Part shown: piece after piece, positions 57,601 to 64,000 of the stretch
Numbering within the stretch: the first letter of the stretch is position 1
Layout: each line of letters begins with the position of its first letter
IMG/VR virus record: IMGVR_UViG_3300048672_001143
Coordinates: 11,884 to 75,883 of that record
From: a virus
Lineage: Duplodnaviria > Heunggongvirae > Uroviricota > Caudoviricetes
Reading direction: 5' to 3' (one strand)
DNA: 64,000 nt
Translations under genes and position numbers: made by a program
The notes under the pieces: generated by a model
Database searches by the model: none
The model's input: only the letters and a program-made list of their open reading frames with translations
What the model was told of the DNA's origin: nothing

Positions 57601-60600
57601 AAATTTTAGCGGCTTCTGGATTGGTAGATACTAAGGTATCGTAAGCCGGTTTCAAGTTAGCATAAGACTGCCGGCGTAAAATGTTAGAATCTTTCCAGCC
57701 GTTTTTAGCGCGTTTTTCAGTTTGTTTTTGGTCAATCTCGTGCAGTTTGGTCAAGAACTGCTGGGCCTCTTCTTGCGTAGCGAAAGTCGCTGAATTCTTA
57801 TCTGATAAGATAGCACCGGCCTGATCAGCGGCTTCTGACAGCGCAGTTCGGCTTTCCCCGTTGAATTCTGTCATCGAGTACGCTTTAAATTGCCCGCGCA
57901 GTGTTCTCTCTACACCAAGCCAATCTTTGGAGACGTTAATGTCCCGAAGCGTCGACTGTTGCATTATACGACCAGTTTCTTTACGAGCTGGAATCGGTAA
58001 ACCCTTCCACTTGATCGTGGTAATCTGATTCGCTTTATGTAAGTACGGGTCCACCATCGCACGGCGACGCTGCATACCTTCTTCGTAAGTTTTTAGCCCC
58101 GGCAGATAGGATTTAGCGGACTCGATAATCTGGCGAACGGACAAGAACGCTAATTTTTCTTTAGAAAGCGTTTCGAGGAGATTGTCTTTTTTATCCTGTA
58201 ACTCACTTGCGGCTACTCTTAACCCTTCCGGCAGATATTCGGCTACTGCTTCACGCGTGCTGCGGGACGGCCTGCTGAACATCGGCATGCCTTCTGAAAG
58301 AATTTTCTCTTTCATTTCTGGCGTGATGATCAAAGCGGGTTGGTCCTTCAATCGCCCGCCGGCTTTCATTCGTTTTTGGTCTTCTGGGGTTAGGGATTTC
58401 CCTTGCAATGAATCTCGGTAAGGAATACCAATAACAACAGGAACCGATTCAATTTTCCCGCCCCTTTTACGCGCGATTTCCATAGCCGCTTGGGTAATCA
58501 GCGCTGGTTTTCCCTGCGCATTTAAACCGTTTCCGTCGCCGTACATGGCTTGCGTCCAAGCCCCGCCTATTTTAAGATCAAGGCCCGATAATTCTCTAGC
58601 TACGGGAGAAACTTCATCTTCCGGCTCAAAACCTACAGACCCCTGTGATTTAGTGCCTTCCATTCCGATTATCTTGCCCGCTAGGTCTTTCCCAACGTAC
58701 TCTTCAAGTTGCTCCGGGGACTGATCAAATCGGGTATCTACACTATCACCACCCATATCGAAAATGTTTATATCGAATTTTCCGTTGCGCTTTACGTACC
58801 TAATCTTACTAACTTGAGCGCTAAGATCATACCGATCTGCTTGTTGATCACCCGTTGTCCAGGCCACAGAATTGCTATCGCTGTCTATCGCTTGGCTGAT
58901 CGCTTTTTTCATCAGTAAAGAAATATAAGCGTTTGTTGCTTTAGTATTGGAATCGGTAACGAATGGCGCCGCTGGTATTCCTAGTTCTGGCATCCTTTCT
59001 AATTTTCGTATTTCATCTAGAATATCTTGCCTTTTAGACTGAAGACTGACGAATTCTTCGTCAAATTCCTCATCCATACCCGCCTTTAAAGCTAATTCAT
59101 GCATTCGCCCACGTAACTTCACATTTTGATCTTTTAATTCCAGAAGATGCCGTTCTTCGGCATCCGTTAAGGGCCTGTTAAATCCCAGTTTTCTGCCCGC
59201 TTGACTACGTTGGCTTTGTACTTCTTCCAAGAATAAAACTTTATTGCCGTTCGCGTCGATTCGGGTATTGTGTCGAATCCAGCCAATTTGCTTACCTTCT
59301 CCTGTATCACCAAAATGCGTGTGATCGTTCCGGTTGTAAGGCTCCGTAGTTGGTATGGTAACTACAAGTTCGCGGTAATCTACTCCGCCGGGAAGTGTTA
59401 ACTGTGCGTTATCGTGTTTAGGTTGTTGCTTCCGCTGCTGTTCTAAAATATTAACTGTATCCGATAAGTTCTGGTATCTGTCTTTTTCGCTTCTAGATAA
59501 ATCATCAAACTTTATTCTGCCGTATTTAGAATGCTGCTCTGCTCTAAAGTGGTTCATTTCTTCTAACGTAGAACGCAATTTATTTTCGAGCTGCGTATCG
59601 GTACCTAACACCTTATCCTCAACTTTCACGCCGTTAGCGTCCAGAAAATCGCTAACCTGTGCCCGAGACACTTTTCCGGAAAGAGAATCCAACCAATCCG
59701 TAATCCCTGACCAATAAATTTCGTCTTTCTTAACGTCAAATTTAGGCGCGTTGGCCACTAACCAGACTTTCACTTGCTGCGCGTTGCCAAAAACTTTCTC
59801 CGGTGCTTTTTCAACCGCTTTGCTTAGAGCCGAATAAAATCTTGGCGCAGGTTCAGAAGGTCGGCTAAACATTGGCGCTTCAATATCTGATTCGCTAAAC
59901 GGACTCGATTGCACATTCCTTCCGGTCCGTAATTGCGCCTCTGTTTCTGTGCGTTTTCCAGACCATACTGGAACCCCACCCCAGCGATTAGTGTTCGGCG
60001 CTGGGATGATAGAAACGACAGAGTAAACCTGCCCGCCGTTCTGCCTATCCGCTTGCTTACTGACAACCAAAGCCTGCTGCAGCCTAGAAGACCGAAATAT
60101 TAAATGTCCTTTGTCTCGGAATATCTGATCAAAGCCTTTGGCAATCGAACTGACGTGCCGGGCGTAATTTTCAGCGACTTCACTGGTATATCCCGGCACT
60201 GTTCTGCGATCTTTTTCACGAATCGCGTTATCGTGGATGTGCGTAATACCAAAACCTCTATGCTCGGCTGTGGCCACGCCTACCCGTAATTTGATCGGTA
60301 GTTGCTCTACCCCTTTAGAAACCGCTTCACGAGGCGTCATCGCAATAACGCCGTTCATATTACCTTCAAACTGCGGAGTTTCTGGCACAATGAAATCTTC
60401 TACCGATTTCCGAATCCCGTGTAACCGGCGAGATTGTTGCGCTTCTGAATTAAATACCCTTAGCGAAGTAGAATCTCGGTTAGCCGCGGAAGCTAGACTA
60501 GCGCGAAGTAAATCGTGGATATCTTTTTCGCCCATTTTACCGGTGATAAACCCCCGGCCAATACCGTGGGTTACCAAAAAGGATTTGATTTGAGAAATAA

Positions 60601-63600
60601 GGCGTTTAAACCAGCCAGCGTTGGGCGCGTACTCTCCCATCTTGGCGATAACTTCGGCAACGAAAGGTTCCCCGCCGACTTCTAAATGGTCGTAACTTTG
60701 CGCGACTTCGTTCCATATACGTTGCGCGTAGGACCCATCAATCTTGGCCAGATTAGTGATCTGTTTTTGCAGTGAGGAATACCCGTCAGTTCCGAGTATT
60801 CTGCGGAGGTTATAATGCTCCCCAATTTCGTGGAGTACGACTGCTGCCAATCGGTGCGCCGGAGTAGCCGCTAAGTCGATGTGCGCTTTACCCTTAAAAT
60901 AGATAGCCTCATCGTCCGATTGTAAGCTTTCCCCACCCGGCCAATCTTCTTTGCCCTGCGTAAAATTCAAAGTACCGTTGGCAACCAAGGTGTTTATGCC
61001 CGGTCCAAATTTATTTACGAGGTGCGCAATAGCCTCTTCCTGAGTAGCGAATCTCGATTTAAGGTACTCATGGACTTCAGGCTGCTGTAATAACGCTTCG
61101 GTTATCCCTGCTGGTTTTGCCTCAGTAGCCCCTTCGCTAGGAGTTGCTGCACCAGCTCGGCCTCTTTTTCCGCCTGTTGGGCTTTTAACTCTTTTAGCCT
61201 TTTTCGATGGTCCCCCATTATCCGTGCTGGGTGATCCGCTAGATGCGATATCCCCAGTCGTTCCAGTCTGGTTTCGTCTGACATACTCTTCTCCACGTTT
61301 ACCCGCATCTAATTCACGGCTAGATAATTCAAAAATCGATGATAAATCCGTTCCCGGAATAATCGGGCTTTGCCCAAGATAAAGGCCAACCCCATTAGGT
61401 TTTTCAGCCCCAGGCTTAGATTTCGGATGTGGAATGTGGCTTAAGCTAACGGTATTTATGTATTTAGATACCCGCTGTTTAGCGTTTTCCATCGCTTGCT
61501 TAATGGTCGCGTCAGTTCCACCTGTAACAACGGCGCTTAGTTCATCCCCGCCGTGACGGATTAAAACAGCATGCCCTGCTTTACGCATAGAATCCGCAAA
61601 AATATCGCTTATGTTTCGAAATGTGACATTCGCCAAGTGTGCGTTATTTCCAAATTCGGTATTCAATCCGCCTAGGTTTGCGATATCCGCCTCTATGAAA
61701 TGCGCGGGCTCGCCAGTTTCTGCGACATGCTCCATCGCAGCCTTGACAGTTGGCTCCTTATCATGTGGCATGTGAAAACCGGTAACCGCATCCATACTCT
61801 CATCAGGAACTATCTTCTCAATGGTAGCCTCGTCCTTTAATCCGGCCTCTCTGGCCAACTGCCGGCGTTCGGCTATCCGTCGTTCGCTAGGCGATAGAAA
61901 ATCTACCCGCCGCCGATCTTGTGATACTCGTTGCCCTACACTAGCTAAAGCGGCTTCGATATCGCTTGGGTGTTGCGCTTTTACTTTCTGAACGATATCC
62001 TGATTTGCTCTTGGTTTTATGCCTAGACTCTTCGCCACGCGAAGGATCGCTTCATTCGGGAGCGTGTCTATTTTAGCATCGAGTACCGCGTGTTTATCTT
62101 CTAAGCTTACTTCTTGCCCTTTTTCTGGTGATTCTTCTTGCGGGGCTGTGTTCTGGCTTTGGTCATTTAGTTGCTCTGTGGGTTGTGAAATGGGTGCTTC
62201 GGATGTTGCCGGTTCTGTATTCCCGATCCCTTGTCCGCTCGGTTGAAATCCTCCGCCACTGACTGCGGTATCCCCACCTTCTTGGCGAATTTCGGATTGT
62301 GCGCTGCTGCCGCCATCAGGCGTGCTTGGGCTGGACTCTTGGATGGCATTTTGGCTCTCCTGCGACTGGGATCTGCGCTGTATCTCTTCTAAAATAATCT
62401 GTTTTTGGATAGGGGACGTGCCATTTAATACATAATTTTTCAATAGGCTTTTCTTATCCATTCCGCGTATAGCCGTTTGATAAGCCGCATTGTCCGCATC
62501 GATAACCGATTGTTTTACATTTTCTACAGCTTCTATTTGCGGCTGCGCCACTTGATTATCTAAGGCAACAGAAGCCGCGCGATTAAAAATACCATCCGGG
62601 GCCGTTGCCAAATGCTCCTTTAAAGGCTCCGTTACGGCGCTTACTGCTTCAGAAGTTCTTTCTTCCGGTGTTGGTATTTTGTTAGCCGCAATGTGTGCTT
62701 CCATTGCGTCAAGGACTGATTGTGCGGAATCTCCGCGATTGGCCTGGATCCCTAGCTTAGAAGCGGCGTCCGCCAAACGTTTAGTAACTTGCTGCGTTCG
62801 TCCTGCAGGCGTATACGCTTTCTTATAAGCGTCAACGAAATCTTGACTCTCCCGTAGGATAGTCTGATCATCCGTATTTTCAGGTTCTTCTGCTTGCTCG
62901 GCTTCTACTACTTGTTCAGATGGCGTATTTTCTACAGTACCCGCTGGCAAGTAATCCGCTAATAAACTATCTACCTCTGGGGTACTGGGCTCTCCCGCAG
63001 TATTTTCAGGCTCCGCCAGTAACCCTTGTTGTTGATCAATTACCGCTTGTTCTTCAGGAGAAATATTACTCGGCTGCTCCGTCGCGTGCGTTAGCGCACC
63101 CGTAGGAGCGCCCATACCAAAACCGGCTACTGCTCCTAAAGCTGCGGCATTTCCTACACCTTCACCGATATCTTTTCCTAAAGCTAAATTAGAAGCCGCC
63201 TGCTCTTGCCCGGATTGCGCTGTTTCTTGTCCAGCTTCCACCAAGCCACTTTCAAGCCCACGTCTTACCGCATTTTTAGCGGTTGGCTCAATAGCATTCT
63301 GCCCGCCTATAAGCGCAGTGTTAACATCCCCAACGCCTAATTTATTGGCTAATCTTCCCGCACCACCGGTAATCGCACCAGTTAATGCGCCGCTACCGGC
63401 TAAGACCGCTGTTTGCTCCGGAGTTAATAATCCGTTTTCAGTCTGTTGGCGAACCTGCTCGACGTTTTGACCCGCAGTTACACCACCTTCTCCAATGGCG
63501 CCTGCCGCCGAGGGAGATAATTTAGGAGCTACACTCATAGCACCTTTAGCGAGGCCCGCCCCTCCCAGCATAGAAGGCGCAGATTCTAGGATAGTGTGTG

Positions 63601-63994
63601 CAGCAACGGAGGGATTCTCTGCGACGGCTTTTAGAGTGGGTACAAAGCCTTCCGCTTCTTGTACATTTTGAAAAGCTTTTTTCTGCGCCGGAGAATATTC
63701 TTCGGATAAAATATCTTTGGCGCGTTTGAAATCGACGCCGTTTTCTTGAAGGGTTTTACCTATCCGGCCACCTGTTGGTATGTCGGCTAATCCGACTGCA
63801 GTTTCCGGAACCGCGATAATACCTTTTAAAGCGGTGATCCCCGCATCTTTCGCCCTATCGCTGAGGGTTGTTTCGGGTTCTGGCTCCGGAGTCTTCGGCA
63901 TGTAATCTGCCAGTAGTGAGTCTACGTCCGGAGTCTGAGATTTAGGCAGGTAATCTGCCAGCAATGAATCTACGCCTGGTGCGGTAGCCGCCAT
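54695..63994 (-). CDS. giant multidomain (polyvalent) protein of at least 3099 aa with GGDEF-like palm domain and HExxH zincin motif; N-terminus may lie beyond the window
   Basis: Single uninterrupted frame. RHGGDEL preceded by EADIANLGGLNTEFGN (aa ~766-820). VVLHEIGEHYNL (aa ~1052-1063). N-terminal VDSLLADYLP x3; PMFSRPS x2. Antisense track ORFs inside it are artefacts. Confidence 0.7.
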   Translation of the reverse strand: MAATAPGVDSLLADYLPKSQTPDVDSLLADYMPKTPEPEPETTLSDRAKDAGITALKGIIAVPETAVGLADIPTGGRIGKTLQENGVDFKRAKDILSEEYSPAQKKAFQNVQEAEGFVPTLKAVAENPSVAAHTILESAPSMLGGAGLAKGAMSVAPKLSPSAAGAIGEGGVTAGQNVEQVRQQTENGLLTPEQTAVLAGSGALTGAITGGAGRLANKLGVGDVNTALIGGQNAIEPTAKNAVRRGLESGLVEAGQETAQSGQEQAASNLALGKDIGEGVGNAAALGAVAGFGMGAPTGALTHATEQPSNISPEEQAVIDQQQGLLAEPENTAGEPSTPEVDSLLADYLPAGTVENTPSEQVVEAEQAEEPENTDDQTILRESQDFVDAYKKAYTPAGRTQQVTKRLADAASKLGIQANRGDSAQSVLDAMEAHIAANKIPTPEERTSEAVSAVTEPLKEHLATAPDGIFNRAASVALDNQVAQPQIEAVENVKQSVIDADNAAYQTAIRGMDKKSLLKNYVLNGTSPIQKQIILEEIQRRSQSQESQNAIQESSPSTPDGGSSAQSEIRQEGGDTAVSGGGFQPSGQGIGNTEPATSEAPISQPTEQLNDQSQNTAPQEESPEKGQEVSLEDKHAVLDAKIDTLPNEAILRVAKSLGIKPRANQDIVQKVKAQHPSDIEAALASVGQRVSQDRRRVDFLSPSERRIAERRQLAREAGLKDEATIEKIVPDESMDAVTGFHMPHDKEPTVKAAMEHVAETGEPAHFIEADIANLGGLNTEFGNNAHLANVTFRNISDIFADSMRKAGHAVLIRHGGDELSAVVTGGTDATIKQAMENAKQRVSKYINTVSLSHIPHPKSKPGAEKPNGVGLYLGQSPIIPGTDLSSIFELSSRELDAGKRGEEYVRRNQTGTTGDIASSGSPSTDNGGPSKKAKRVKSPTGGKRGRAGAATPSEGATEAKPAGITEALLQQPEVHEYLKSRFATQEEAIAHLVNKFGPGINTLVANGTLNFTQGKEDWPGGESLQSDDEAIYFKGKAHIDLAATPAHRLAAVVLHEIGEHYNLRRILGTDGYSSLQKQITNLAKIDGSYAQRIWNEVAQSYDHLEVGGEPFVAEVIAKMGEYAPNAGWFKRLISQIKSFLVTHGIGRGFITGKMGEKDIHDLLRASLASAANRDSTSLRVFNSEAQQSRRLHGIRKSVEDFIVPETPQFEGNMNGVIAMTPREAVSKGVEQLPIKLRVGVATAEHRGFGITHIHDNAIREKDRRTVPGYTSEVAENYARHVSSIAKGFDQIFRDKGHLIFRSSRLQQALVVSKQADRQNGGQVYSVVSIIPAPNTNRWGGVPVWSGKRTETEAQLRTGRNVQSSPFSESDIEAPMFSRPSEPAPRFYSALSKAVEKAPEKVFGNAQQVKVWLVANAPKFDVKKDEIYWSGITDWLDSLSGKVSRAQVSDFLDANGVKVEDKVLGTDTQLENKLRSTLEEMNHFRAEQHSKYGRIKFDDLSRSEKDRYQNLSDTVNILEQQRKQQPKHDNAQLTLPGGVDYRELVVTIPTTEPYNRNDHTHFGDTGEGKQIGWIRHNTRIDANGNKVLFLEEVQSQRSQAGRKLGFNRPLTDAEERHLLELKDQNVKLRGRMHELALKAGMDEEFDEEFVSLQSKRQDILDEIRKLERMPELGIPAAPFVTDSNTKATNAYISLLMKKAISQAIDSDSNSVAWTTGDQQADRYDLSAQVSKIRYVKRNGKFDINIFDMGGDSVDTRFDQSPEQLEEYVGKDLAGKIIGMEGTKSQGSVGFEPEDEVSPVARELSGLDLKIGGAWTQAMYGDGNGLNAQGKPALITQAAMEIARKRGGKIESVPVVIGIPYRDSLQGKSLTPEDQKRMKAGGRLKDQPALIITPEMKEKILSEGMPMFSRPSRSTREAVAEYLPEGLRVAASELQDKKDNLLETLSKEKLAFLSVRQIIESAKSYLPGLKTYEEGMQRRRAMVDPYLHKANQITTIKWKGLPIPARKETGRIMQQSTLRDINVSKDWLGVERTLRGQFKAYSMTEFNGESRTALSEAADQAGAILSDKNSATFATQEEAQQFLTKLHEIDQKQTEKRAKNGWKDSNILRRQSYANLKPAYDTLVSTNPEAAKIYSGTYELHQEIFNARLEALEHRIEESMIDAQTAAGLIAQLRIKFESQSLSWYYAPLKRYGDHWFYGKDAQGENWFMTYESLAARKRAVKNFEAEGGTVRDQGTSLSEMQNAQIGDAVSDNFLKNIHEKIDAADIPIEVSKELQDEIHQMYLATLPDISVRHNAMHRKGTKGFDEDAMRAFANTIHHGASQLANMVEGRNMGESLRDAKLALDIATKTSAREAKRTEMQAAEMLGANWDELKQEGALEELRDNAPAEEQNLYDEAIKLRNKFSHLDIANKVPKALFIAQKNLSEATTARERAEASDALKTAEKIASFWAQYQDPQRVEAAIADIIATGIPEQVKRFRKVQTLWENTVSVGSPEESLERVAVRNKEALEAASHINTENSHKAAYTIEELNKTYNAMVNTSSTGMDQVAAAIRQFDFVMTMGFGLSSGLVNLFQTPVVAMPIAVGKYGVNATRKAFGNTRNEFLKAVINFNKKDANGNYIYRDEDGNVSISVVMEEKLAYLRAHNGDPREMLRISRRLAALRDFKEEGDVSRTNFFDVLGIGREGEDYGGRLQEFNKKMGWMFHHGERMNREITLLAAYDLALNGDPENHYEALEYARKLNNDAHGDYSTENAARIFRGPVAGVVMQYKKYPQAMLYLWGRTAVDTLGYWKKMPRNTPEEIALADARKAEAKEAARSLSALFVMQGAAAGLFGMPLMGAITMVLNALGNAVSDDDEPWDVEKEVRVGLTSLGGETFATAVIKGLGNALTPVNLASRMNLSNIFFQEPLKDLEGKDAATEYLSQVAGPFGGMVKKIADGAKMLGDGEIWRGVESATPKAIGDGMKAIRLAQSGYESMNGEQLKDASAMEVLFQAIGLGSSNMEVLYAERGYNKAAEAAISDARAKLVNKIQKAVTKGEPIPQEELSKWQKDHPSWPITYESIHKSAVRTAKNEQARGIRGYAVNPRLAYLYEQNRLREENGD

Positions 63995-64000
63995 GTACTG

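Noticed and set aside
54725-62349. Numerous 60-180-aa ORFs on the plus strand within the giant gene, and minus-strand ORFs inside the secreted-protein genes (e.g. 51022..51450, 52675..53307)
   Set aside because: All are antisense to long, well-supported frames and lack initiation signals.
54695-63994. Calling the giant ORF an N4-type virion RNA polymerase
   Set aside because: I could not identify T7/N4-type RNAP motifs by eye and the gene is in late orientation; left open as an alternative, not called.
1-64000. Integrated prophage with tRNA attachment site
   Set aside because: No integrase/recombinase or duplicated tRNA 3' segment seen; genes on both flanks look phage-like, so the window more likely lies entirely within a phage genome.

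Overview
The window looks like a large slice of a tailed-phage genome (about 47% GC) with divergent organisation. It could be a prophage or free phage; no integrase is visible. All coordinates not taken from the ORF track are approximate, within about 2 nt. I did no database searches or structure prediction; every functional call rests on motifs recognisable by eye, synteny and composition.

Left arm, minus strand (9837 down to 1): a late/structural operon. In order: small terminase, large terminase, several small unknown genes, portal (793 aa), an HU-like DNA-binding protein, an acidic scaffold protein, and a major-capsid-like gene that runs off the window start. Two tRNAs (Gly-UCC and Pro-UGG) sit in the operon leader. 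A 31-bp triple direct repeat lies upstream of them.

Control region (11350-12165): between the two arms there is an about 800-bp region with inverted repeats, GTCCTGTCC iterons, an AT-rich stretch, and the first of seven near-perfect sigma70 promoters. Those seven promoters share an extended motif GCACTTGACAC-N17-TAnAAT and drive the plus strand.

Right arm, plus strand (12166 to about 49000): more than 80 early/middle genes, many tiny and sharing a conserved leader TAAAAGGATA-N6-8-ATG. Embedded in it is a replication/nucleotide-metabolism module: a primase-polymerase fused to an SF3 helicase (on the minus strand), a Cas4/DUF2800-like nuclease split by a frameshift, a DUF2815-like SSB, a family-A DNA polymerase, ThyX, a VRR-NUC nuclease, a GT-B-like protein and a SNF2 ATPase. 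The arm also carries putative host-interaction or anti-defence accessory genes (listed under Accessory genes below).

The tRNA-like element with a 57-nt insertion in the anticodon loop, a tRNA-Met (CAU) and three secreted proteins (one with a (PTPV)n linker) lie at 48869-54439, between the early arm and the 3' end of the giant ORF.

Right end: a minus-strand ORF of at least 3099 aa (54695-63994, N-terminus possibly beyond the window). It looks like a polyvalent virion/ejection protein. It carries a GGDEF-like palm domain (motif RHGGDEL), an HEIGEH zincin motif, and short internal repeats.

Accessory genes in the right arm: DUF932-like protein, TraR/DksA zinc finger, MazG-like protein, SPFH lipoprotein, minimal nucleotidyltransferase, DHH/DHHA1 phosphoesterase, ASCH/DUF3850 and an RNR-C-terminal-like fragment.
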